Shown here piece by piece: positions 33,490 through 44,656 of a stretch of DNA of 64,000 nucleotides. The stretch lies in contig NIVC01000799.1 of assembly GCA_002269645.1 (NCBI GenBank), positions 154,720 to 218,719 on the forward strand. The letters are read 5' to 3'. The notes beneath the pieces are model-generated. The model did not search any database, was not told the DNA's origin, and saw only the letters and a list, made by a program, of their open reading frames with translations. Every line of letters begins with the position of its first letter. The stretch's first letter is position 1. This stretch comes from Macrostomum lignano (taxonomy: Eukaryota). The translations under genes and the position numbers were made by a program.

Positions 33490-36066
33490 TCTCCAGCTGT
33501 GAGATTTGTGGCTTTTATGTTTAACTGTGAGATTTGTGGCTTCGATCCTCAGCTGTGAGATTTGTGGCTTTTATGTTTAACTGTGAGATTTGTGGCTTCG
33601 ATCCTCAGCTGTGAGATTTGTGGCTTTTATGTTTAACTGTGAGATTTGTGGCTTCGATCCTCAGCTGTGAGATTTGTGGCTTCGATCCTCAGCTGTGAGA
33701 TTTGTGACTTTCATCTCCAGCTGTGAGATTTGTGGCTTTTATGTTTAACTGTGAGATTTGTGGCTTCGATCCTCAACTGTGAGATTTGTGGCTTCGATCC
33801 TCAGCTGTGAGATTTGTGACTTTCATCTCCAGCTGTGAGATTTGTGGCTTTTATGTTTAACTGTGAGATTTGTGGCTTCGATCCTCAGCTGTGAGATTTG
33901 TGGCTTTTATGTTTAACTGTGAGATTTGTGGCTTCGATCCTCAGCTGTGAGATTTGTGGCTTCGATCCTCAGCTGTGAGATTTGTGACTTTCATCTCCAG
34001 CTGTGAGATTTGTGGCTTTTATGTTTAACTGTGAGATTTGTGGCTTCGATCCTCAGCTGTGAGATTTGTGGCTTCGATCCTCAGCTGTGAGATTTGTGAC
34101 TTTCATCTCCAGCTGTGAGATTTGTGGCTTCGATCCTCAGCTGTGAGATTGTGGCTTCGATCCTCAGCTGTGAGATTTGTGGCTTCGATCCTCAGCTGTG
34201 AGATTGTGGCTTCGATCCTCAGCTGTGAGATTTGTGGCTTTTATGTTTAACTGTGAGATTTGTGGCTTCGATCCTCAGCTGTGAGATTTGTGGCTTTTAT
34301 GTTTAACTGTGAGATTTGTGGCTTCGATCCTCAGCTGTGAGATTGTGGCTTCGATCCTCAGCTGTGAGATTTGTGACTTCGATCCTCAGCTGTGAGATTT
34401 GTGGCTTCGATCCTCAGCTGTGAGATTGTGGCTTCGATCCTCAGCTGTGAGATTTGTGGCTTCGATCCTCAGCTGTGAGATTGTGGCTTCGATCCTCAGC
34501 TGTGAGATTTGTGGCTTTTATGTTTAACTGTGAGATTTGTGACTTCGATCCTCAGCTGTGAGATTTGTGGCTTCGATCCTCAGCTGTGAGATTTGTGGCT
34601 TCGATCCTCAGCTGTGAGATTTGTGGCTTCGATCCTCAGCTGTGAGATTTGTGGCTTTTATGTTTAACTGTGAGATTTGTGACTTCGATCCTCAGCTGTG
34701 AGATTGTGGCTTCGATCCTCAGCTGTGAGATTTGTGGCTTCGATCCTCAGCTGTGAGATTGTGGCTTCGATCCTCAGCTGTGAGATTTGTGGCTTCGATC
34801 CTCAGCTGTGAGATTTGTGGCTTTTATGTTTAACTGTAAGATTTGTGGCTTCGATCCTCAGCTGTGAGATTTGTGGCTTTTATGTTTAACTGTGAGATTT
34901 GTGGCTTCGATCCTCAGCTGTGAGATTGTGGCTTCGATCCTCAGCTGTGAGATTTGTGGCTTCGATCCTCAGCTGTGAGATTTGTGGCTTCGATCCTCAG
35001 CTGTGAGATTGTGGCTTCGATCCTCAGCTGTGAGATTTGTGGCTTCGATCCTCACCTGTGAGATTTGTGGCTTCGATCCTCAGCTGTGAGATTTGTGGCT
35101 TTTATGTTTAACTGTGAGATTTGTGGCTTCGATCCTCAGCTGTGAGATTTGTGACTTCGATCCTCAGCTGTGAGATTTGTGGCTTCGATCCTCAGCTGTG
35201 AGATTGTGGCTTCGATCCTCAGCTGTGAGATTTGTGGCTTTTATGTTTAACTGTGAGATTTGTGACTTCGATCCTCAGCTGTGAGATTGTGGCTTCGATC
35301 CTCAGCTGTGAGATTTGTGGCTTCGATCCTCAGCTGTGAGATTGTGGCTTCGATCCTCAGCTGTGAGATTTGTGGCTTCGATCCTCAGCTGTGAGATTTG
35401 TGGCTTTTATGTTTAACTGTGAGATTTGTGGCTTCGATCCTCAGCTGTGAGATTTGTGGCTTTTATGTTTAACTGTGAGATTTGTGGCTTCGATCCTCAG
35501 CTGTGAGATTGTGGCTTCGATCCTCAGCTGTGAGATTTGTGGCTTCGATCCTCAGCTGTGAGATTGTGGCTTCGATCCTCAGCTGTGAGATTTGTGGCTT
35601 CGATCCTCAGCTGTGAGATTTGTGGCTTCGATCCTCAGCTGTGAGATTTGTGGCTTTTATGTTTAACTGTGAGATTTGTGGCTTCGATCCTCAGCTGTGA
35701 GATTTGTGACTTCGATCCTCAGCTGTGAGATTTGTGGCTTCGATCCTCAGCTGTGAGATTTGTGGCTTCGATCCTCAGCTGTGAGATTTGTGGCTTCGAT
35801 CCTCAGCTGTGAGATTTGTGGCTTCGATCCTCAGCTGTGAGATTTGTGGCTTTTATGTTTAACTGTGAGATTTGTGGCTTCGATCCTCAGCTGTGAGATT
35901 TGTGGCTTTTATGTTTAACTGTGAGATTTGTGGCTTCGATCCTCAGCTGTGAGATTTGTGGCTTCGATCCTCAGCTGTGAGATTTGTGGCTTTCATCTCC
36001 AGCTGTGAGATTTGTGGCTTCGATCCTCAGCTGTGAGATTTGTGGCTTTTATGTTCAACTGTGAGG
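33490..36066. repeat. 28-bp minisatellite downstream of eIF2-beta copy B
   Basis: tttgtggcttcgatcctcagctgtgaga plus the variants tttgtggcttttatgtttaactgtgaga and tttgtgactttcatctccagctgtgaga. Diverged relatives occur at 36710-36900. Confidence 0.95.
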
Positions 36067-37083
36067 TTTTTTGGATGTTGATGCGAGTCGGTTAGAAGCA
36101 GTTAGCAGTTTACAATATTTTCGGGCACTCTGGCAGTTATTGTACCTTTAAATCGGCTAGTGAGCCTTTGCTGCGGTGTTACTGTATCCAGTTTCGGTCT
36201 TAAATATTACTCCAATACTCCATCTCATCGATTTCGAAGCCTTGTCTTATTTGCTCTTTATTCAGTGCTGGTGAAAACGTTTTGAGTTCAATTTCGAATA
36301 GTAAATAAATATAAATTGTCCGGAATGTTGATATACTGTGCACGGGAAAATCAGATATTATATTATAACTTGTTTTTGTTAGTTAAAACAACTGCAGTGA
36401 CTTTTTTGTTTGTCAAAACTGATTGTTGCTGACACAGAATATTGAAATACATATATTTTTTATTCGGCCAGCTTAAGTGTAAAGTTTGGGGGTATCAGCA
36501 TCAACAAATCGTAAAACAAAGAGTAATAATATATTTATAGGCAATATTTTATTCCAATAGAGTAACATTTTAATTCAAGCAACATCACGGAGGGTTTGAA
36601 CCAACAGGCTATCTACTCACTGCTTGCTAATATTTGAGGTGGAAGTCATTGGTAGTTGAAATTATTTGGAACTCATTGTCAATAACTTCATTTTTCTCCA
36701 GACGAGTTCGATTTGCGGCTTTGGTCTGTAAGGGGTGAGATTTGTGGCTCGGATCTGTAAGGGGTGAGATTTGTGGCTTGGATCTGTAGGTGGTGGGATT
36801 TGTGGCTCGGATCTGTAAGGGGTGAGATTTGTGGCTTGGATCTGTAAGGGGTGAGATTTGTGGCTTCGATCTCTTAAAGGGTGAGATTTTTGGATTCGAT
36901 CTTTCAGTTGGTGATATTTTTAGCCAGGATTTTTACAGGGGGTGAGAAATTTTTCTTGCATCTACGAAGGGCTATTGTTAGTCGACTTTTGACGTCCAGG
37001 ACAGATTACCGACTGCATGGTCTTTAAGCTGTTCTCCTAGAAGCTCCAATTAGCTTAATCAGTCAATTGGGTACTACTTTAAG

Positions 37084-40000
37084 CTACACCGGCGGTCTCC
37101 ATAGAAACGAAGGCAGCGGGTCGTTGCCAGAGTCCGGTATGAATGGCATCCCCATTAGCGGTCCGGGCGCATTGAACACGGCGGGCTGGTCTTGCTGCTG
37201 CCCAGGGGCTTCGCCTCCTTGATCGCCAGCGTTGGCAAATTCTGGCGGCGGAGTCGTCGGTCTCTGCGGATCCGGGTCCGCCGCCTCCCCCGGCTTCTTG
37301 TTGATCGACGGGCTGACGACCGATGCTGAAGTGGCTGCTCGGATTTTCGGGCTGCAGAATGAGGATTGGGCGATCATCTAATGTTCGTACTCAAAAAATT
37401 AGAAAACTGTGATGATCGCGACTGTGAAGCGACCGATGGCAGGTAATTGGCCTCATTCGACGGCGGTTGCAGCACCAATTGTCTTCGAGTTTGTTATTAC
37501 ACTGTACACCTGCCCCAATGAGTAGATGTGTATATACAGTCGCAGCTATTGCGCGGCGCGCATCCGCGTACGGCTGTTTAGTCCAAGGACGGGGGTTCGC
37601 CACATCGCCCTCGATTACCTCAGCTAAGCTGGTACCTATTTCACAGCTTGGGTGAACTGAAGCAATGCAGAGTTAAGTGTCTTGCTCAAAGACCAATTAT
37701 TCTGAGAATCGAACCCCCGACCTTTTCATTGTGAGTCCGCGACGCTTTATAACTACTAGGCTACAAACCCTCTACTCGTGACGAGTAAACAATGTTCTAC
37801 CGGTATATAGATTAAGATACGCGTTAAACCCGGCCGGTTGATCGATCGATCCACTCAGATTTAGAAATAAGATATTTAATAAATACATCATACATATGTA
37901 GATATCTCGCACTTACCTAGGTTTACGCAAACCTGCATAACAATTAAAGACCTTGTTTCTTTATTATTAGAGGCAGGGGGGTTGTGTGCACCCTGGCGCA
38001 CTTTAAGCGACGTAGGCACACAACCGGCGAGAGGCATTACTGCCCATTCCGCCGACTCCCCTGAGCAGGCATACAAGCGCGCGGATACGTACGCAGGCAC
38101 ACACTCACACAGGAGTGTACAGCGGCCCTAACTTTATTTATCGTTAGGCATGTACACTTCACTGCGCCTTGGGGGGTTGGCTCTCAAGGCCGTTAATTGC
38201 ACGAGCAGAGCCAAGCCGAGATTCCAATTCAGCCCCAAATTAATGTGACTGCACTTGGAATCGAGCCTGGGTCGCTGGCACACCAGAGCAGCTGCGCTAC
38301 CGCTGGGCTACGGCCCCCCTAATTTAAGTCCTTGGCTGTGGATTGCCTTATAGTCTATGGGCCATAGACTACAAAAGCCAAGCAAAGTGATAAAAAACTG
38401 AGAATCGACCAGCTGGTACTTTTCCAGCTCTCTCCAGCTGACTGTTTGGTCTGTGCATTGAGGGACGGCCATTTTAGTTCCAATGTACGCCAACGTATAA
38501 ACCGATTGATTCTCAGTGTAGGTGGCTTCTTATCAATTCGCTTGGCTTTTTGCAATCTATGGCCCATAAGTCATAGACTAAGGCAAGACACAGCCGAAGG
38601 CCCTTCTACATGCTTGCAGGCAGCGCAGGCAACTTTGAAGCTGATCAAGTAACGAGTTCGAATCTCACTTTTGGACACGCCTCGTACAAGATGATCAGGA
38701 CAGATTCTGCGTCTTTTAGTGGAAAGAAATTCTGTGGTTCGCATGTGCACTACATGTACATGAACCATGCACACATCATACACAAGACCAAAGGCTCCAG
38801 TTTCTCTTACACAATAACCAGCGCAACGACCAGTCCCAAAACGGTCAGAAGCGCTGCCGAGCTGACTATCCCGCCACCGATGGCGGCCTCCAGGACAACT
38901 TTGGTTAGCTGGCCACTTCCGGTGCCGCTGCTGCTTTCGGAGCCTGAGCTGCCGCTGCTTGATCCACCACCCCCACCGCCGCCGCCGCCGCCGCCGCCGC
39001 CCAGGCAGTAGGTTGGCCACTGCACCGTGGCATTTCTTGCCGATGTAATCACGGTGGCATAATAGCCGCAGCAGCCAATTGGGTCGGATCCGTTCCCAGC
39101 TAAACTGGCGTTGCCTAGCCGTAGAATTGACTCGAATGAGGACAGGTTCAGGTACTGGCCGGAGCCTGCAGTGCAAGGTTTTGGTTTTACTAAACATGAA
39201 CAACAACTACAGGAAATGTCATTTCATTTCATCTTTTTGTGTACCTTTTCAGACGATTTTTCCCAACTGAGTTTGTCTGTCTATATCGTAATTGTTCCCT
39301 ATTTAAACTACGGAGAAAAGAAAAAATCTGTACAAAATCTGTTTGGAGACACGCGAACTCTAAGTTCATGGAGAACTCAAAGTACATAAAGAACTCAAAA
39401 TACACGGAGAACTCAAAGTACATAGAGAACTCAAAGTACACGGAGAACTCAAAGTACATAGAGATCTCAAAGTACACGGAGACCTCAAAGTACACGGAGA
39501 ACTCAAAGTACATAGAGATCTCAAAGTACACGGAGACCTCAAAGTACACGGAGAATTCAAAGTACACGGAGAACTCAAAGTACACGGAGAACTCAAAGTA
39601 CATAGAGAACTCAAAGTACACGGAGAACTCAAAGTACAAGGAGAACTCAAAGTACACGGAGAACTCAAAGTACATGGATAATGGAGAACTGAGAGTGTTC
39701 CTCACCTGAAGCGGTCACCCGCTTGCAGAACGCGTCAGTGGATCTCCGCCTTGCGTACAGCACCACCTTGGTCTCGCCTGTCACCTCCTGCAGCGGATAA
39801 TAGCCGCTGTCGGCTGCCACCACGCCAAAGTCGCTGGCATTGATGAACAGCTGGCTGTTGCCTGCCGTGGCGCCGGTGTCCGGGCAGCACAGCGCCGCGA
39901 TTGCCGCGGCCGTCAGATTCGATCCCAGGTCGTCACCGGAGCAGAATTTGTTGAGAATATCCGCGATTGAGGCGAGCACGGGGAACTGGAGGGAGCTCTG

Positions 40001-42418
40001 CCACTGTGGACGGAGGAGAGGCTGGTGGTAGGATATCTGACACGCCTTACCCTACCCTACGCATTGACTTGTCACTCCCTCCCGTTCCTTTGAGGCATTG
40101 ACTTGTCACTCCCTCCCATTCCTTTGAGGCATTGACTTGTCACTCCCTCCCGTTCCTTTGAGATATTGACTTGTCACTCCCTCCCATTCCTTTGAGACAT
40201 TGACTTGTCACTCCCTCCCATTCCTTTGAGACATTGACTTGTCACTCCCTCCCATTCCTTTGAGACATTGACTTGTCACTCCCTCCCATTCCTTTGAGAC
40301 ATTGACTTGTCACTCCCTCCCATTCCTTTGAGGCATTGACTTGTCACTCCCTCCCGTTCCTTTGAGATATTGACTTGTCACTCCCTCCCATTCCTTTGAG
40401 GCATTGACTTGTCACACCCTCCCATTCCTTTGAGACATTGACTTGTCACTCCCTCCCATTCCTTTGAGACATTGACTTGTCACTCCCTCCCATTCCTTTG
40501 AGACATTGACTTGTCACTCCCTCCCATTCCTTTGAGGCATTGACTTGTCACTCCCTCCCGTTCCTTTGAGATATTGACTTGTCACTCCCTCCCATTCCTT
40601 TGAGGCATTGACTTGTCACTCCCTCCCATTCCTTTGAGATATTGACTTGTCACTCCCTCCCATTCCTTTGAGATATTGACTTGTCACTCCCTCCCATTCC
40701 TCTGAGGCACTGACTTGTCACACCCTCCCATTCCTTTGAGACATTGACTTGTCACTCCCTCCCATTCCTTTGAGACATTGACTTGTCACACCCTCCCATT
40801 CCTTTGAGACATTGACTTGTCACTCCCTCCCATTCCTTTGAGACATTGACTTGTCACTCCCTCCCATTCCTTTGAGACATTGACTTGTCACTCCCTCCCG
40901 TTCCTTTGAGGCACTGACTTGTCACTTGACTTGGCTTATTACTTGTCACTCCCTCTCTTCCCCTAGGGTCATTCATTGACTTGTCACTGATCCCTTCTCT
41001 ATTAGTAACTGGTTAACTTGTTAATCAGCGTGTTCAATCAATGCTACTTTAAGTAGGCCCATGAGGCAGCTAAAATTTATATTTTTATCTCTCACCAAAT
41101 ACGTGGGTGTCGGATAGTAACTGCAGGACCGCACTCCGCCAGCAAAGCGCAGCTGAATGCCATTGTCCAGCTGACTTGTGTCGACTGGAATAGATCCACG
41201 CGAAAGAGCTTGCTGTCTAAGAAATTCACCATTCGCTCTGGCTCTCAATAGACTACCTTTCAGTTTAATTAAAAAGCTGTGAGCAAAGAGTCAGTTTCTA
41301 AGAATCCACTCTAATGGCTGTAAAAAGTGGAGTCAGTTTCTAAGAATCCATTCTAATGGCTGTAACAAAGAGTCAGTTTCTAAGAATCCATTCTAATGGC
41401 TGTAACAAAGAGTCAGTTTCTAAGAATCCATTCTAATGGCTGTAACAGAGTCAGTTTCTAAGAATACATTTTAATGGCTGTAACAAAGAGTCAGTTTTTA
41501 AGAATCCACTCTAATTACTGTAAAAAGTGGAGTCAGTTTCTAAGAATCCACTCTAATGACTGTAAAAAGTGGAGTCATTTTCTAAGAATCGACACTAATG
41601 ACTGTACCAATTGGAGTCAATTTCTTAGAAAATGCAATAGAAACCTAAAAAAGTAGTTTTCAAGCCTTTCATCTTTCCAATGTAACGCAGCTGCCTCATT
41701 GAAAGTTTTGCTAAGCTAGCAGACGCAACAAAGACGCAAAACTCACACTGGCACTGCGGCCCTGAGTAGCCGCTTGCGCAGGTGCAAACGCAGGCCCCAC
41801 TGCTGCTGGACGTGTCGCTGCCGTGAACGCACGGCGTGCCCGCAGCGCTGCACACCGAAGCAGTGCAGGCTGTACCAAGTGGTAGGAAGTTTCAATTACC
41901 GTGACGGTTTATAGTTTAACTTATAGGGATTGAATATTTGCGGAGCAAGAGGAAGTACTTGTACGAGTATAGCTTGTAGTAGAAGTTTCATGGGGGCTTG
42001 GCACAAAGACTGGCTGTCAAATGCCGTGGGCCTTAGTTCGATACTCTCTATGTGTCAAGGGTCCCACAACACAGCAATGTAACCATATTCAACCAATGCT
42101 TCATCGATCGTCTCTGGCCAAAACCGTGTACTGTAATTCAGACTTCAAACTCAGAACCATTGGCATTAGAGCAAGAATCTCTTGTCGTGAGCAAGAATCT
42201 CCTGTCGTGAGAGTGTAGGAACACCAATCCTATCGATTGAATGGGTCCGGCTGACTCCCCAACTTCATTTATACGACAGGAGCCTCATGACTTGTCTGAA
42301 TCTAAGTAAAAACTAAGTAAAAAGTCACCAATATGGAGCACACTTACAGGCGTTGTTGCTGCACTGGCACATGACATTCTCCAAGTAGGTCACGTGCTGA
42401 CAGTCGTTGCAATCGGGT
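37084..42418 (-). CDS. 3' part of a type-I membrane protein gene: Cys-rich + EGF + unknown extracellular domain + poly-Gly linker + TM + Pro-rich tail
   Basis: Exons: 42418-42348 (PDCNDC..CQC); 41869-41747 (EGF: C..C..PCVHG..C.CTCASGYSGPQC); a probable exon ending at about 41096; 40003-39706; 39165-38811 (..GGGGGGGGGGGG..IVSSAALLTVLGLVVALVIV); and 37351-37084 (PKIRAA..LWRPPV*). All junctions are phase-compatible except 41747 to ~41200, which is unresolved. The 5' end was not found. Confidence 0.7.
37490..37770 (-). mobile_element. Second copy of the tRNA-derived SINE seen at 23615
   Basis: Reverse complement of the same head (tagcctagtag.., ggttcgattc), core (cttcagttcacccaagctg) and 3' body. 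Confidence 0.75.
38130..38319 (-). mobile_element. Short tRNA-derived SINE (different family)
   Basis: Head GGGGCCGTAGCCCAGCGG...GGCTCGATTCC (A and B boxes) without a proper acceptor stem or CCA. It ends in a taaataaag tail. Confidence 0.5.
39371..39674. repeat. 18-bp intronic minisatellite
   Basis: gagaactcaaagtacacg units. These explain the repetitive ORFs at 39229-39709. Confidence 0.9.
40063..40925. repeat. 34-bp intronic minisatellite
   Basis: cattgacttgtcactccctcccattcctttgaga x ~25. Confidence 0.95.
41285..41610. repeat. ~40-42-bp intronic tandem repeat
   Basis: gagtcagtttctaagaatccattctaatggctgtaacaaa variants. Confidence 0.85.
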
Positions 42419-43459
42419 CTGCAGGCTGTCGATTAGCAGGGATAAAACCGTGTGATTGAAAGCTCATGCTAATGCCGTGTAATTAGTGAAGCATCGGATG
42501 CGCGGGCTTATTATCTGAGCTGCACTATTTTATTAAAGGCTTCTTTGAAACAGCGCGGGCTCTGAGGTGACTGCAGCTGGGGTCACGTGTGGAATTGATG
42601 AGGAGCTGGGGAATAATGATGGGGAACGGCGCCATGCATTTGCCCGCACCTGCCGGCTGATACATGCCCTGGTGCCCCCCCCCCCCTATACAGTGTATGT
42701 GCGATTCCCGCTTGCACGCCAGCTCAAAGCTTTCCAAATCATTTGCTAAAGAAACACATGAGTCAAGCATATTCACTTTCAACCGCTGTTTTGCTCTGTC
42801 TGAGTCTGTCGTGACCCCGGAGGCTGATCCAAACTGCATCCACCCCGCTCTCCAGACTCGTGTGTGAGGTACATGTAACAAAGCAGAAAGGTTAGCCGCA
42901 TTCAAACACATCAAACAAAATGACAGTCCAATTCAAACCCAAAATGGCAATCCAATTCAAACACAAAATGGCAGTCCACTTCAAACACAAAATGGCAGTT
43001 ATTCTCAAACATGTCAACAGATGCGCTTTGTCATGCATAAATTACAGTCTTGAAAAGATACAAAAATGACAACTTTATCCGGAGGAACTAGTAAGGTAAA
43101 CATAGAAATTTCCTGCAAAGAGAGATTGGCAAAAGTTTTGCTACTGAATCGAGGCCGGAAGCAAGGATGCCAAAACGGTGGCGCCAGTCTTTCCAAACCG
43201 GAAATTGAACTTCCTGTCCGAGGCAGCTGTAAAGTAAGCTGCAGTCACTTCCCTGCTGGCCGGATATTAATATAGCTACAGCTGTCCCCTTGGAACTGTC
43301 AATTCCACGGACACAATTTAAATTTCAGTTTAATGAAAAAATATTTATATTTTTATTCTTTCAATCTTTTTCTGCCAGCCAGACAGGGGCTATACGAAGT
43401 GGTGGTCAAGATTTGTTGCACTCTGACAGTTCATTTCCTAGCATCACACAATGTCCTAT

Positions 43460-43800
43460 TCACAGCAATTGTGGCGCCCCATTCACAGCAGTTTTGTCGC
43501 CCCGTTCACAGCAGTTGTGGCGCCACTTTCACAGCAATTGTGGCGCCCCATTCACAGCAGTTTTGTCGCCCCGTTCACAGCAGTTATGGCGCCACATTCA
43601 CAGCAGTTTTGGCGCCACATTCACAGCAGTTTTGGCGCCCCGTTCACAGCAGTTGTGGCGCCACATTCACAGCAATTGTGGCGCCACATTCACAGCAGTT
43701 TTGTCGCCCCGTTCACAGCAGTTGTGGCGCCACATTCACAGCAGTTTTGTAGACCCGTTCACAGCAGTTTTATCGCCCCGTTCACAGCAGTTGTGGCGCC
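43460..43800. repeat. 20-21-bp minisatellite
   Basis: ttcacagcagttgtggcgccaca / ttcacagcagttttgtcgccccg alternation. Confidence 0.9.
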
Positions 43801-44656
43801 ACTGGCACTGGTGCCCATTGATACTGGCGCCACTGGTACTGGCCCCATCAACCGCGCCCCCAAAAAAACAGCGCGCGCCGCCCTGGGTATCCTGAACAAG
43901 CAATTTCTTTGTAAATAGAAATACTTTCACGAAGAAGAGTCATTGCAGACGATTTGAAAACAAGAAGAGAAGCTTAGTCTGCCCCTTCTCATGCAGCATT
44001 GGTGCCCAACTAATAATTTATTTAGCCAGTCGGATTTCGATGGCGTACAACAACTGCGATCTTCCGAGGGAGGGGATCGTGCTGCTATGTACAGGGGGGA
44101 TCTGCACTACTGGGAATGCATCGGTTGGCAGGACGTGGGGACCCAAGCGAAGAAAGAGGGTGGAGGGCTGAGTTAAGGACAAAAATATATTAAAAAGGAA
44201 AGGAATCATATAAAAAACTGACCGAAAATCCAATGCTACTAACAGTAGGCGCAACGTCCATTCTTCTGCTGCGAGTTTCGCTTTGAACTGATAATTGCTC
44301 GCATTGTCCCTCCCAGGTGACAGAGCGGAGTGGGAAAAACGCGCAGAAGAGAGGTTTGCAACAAGAAAAGGAAAACAAGAAAGAGAGACAAAAAGAAAAT
44401 CGGGTAGCAGCAAAGGATGGCATTTATAAAGCGGGCCGAGGCGAGATAGTGTCTAAAAATTAAAGTACAAACAAAAGTACACTTGGGAGTGTTTTGACGT
44501 GCATTCAGTACTAGCTGTACAGTTTAAACAAAGATTTACTATAATATTGATAGTTTAATATGCGAGTATGTAGGAATATTGGTATGTAAAGAGTGCTGCT
44601 CACTACGATGTCGACAACCCATAAGCTATAGCGCTTCACTGGCGGAGTCCCGCCGT

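Noticed and set aside
38571-38760. Extra exons between the TM exon and last exon of the EGF gene
   Set aside because: They need a 28-nt intron or introduce stops, whereas direct 38811-to-37351 splicing is in phase and gives a sensible post-TM basic segment.
43066-43275. LINE reverse-transcriptase-like peptide (NRGRKQGC); also KLQKAFHSV near 47460
   Set aside because: Single short motifs without surrounding RT domains. Possibly very old LINE debris, but not supportable.
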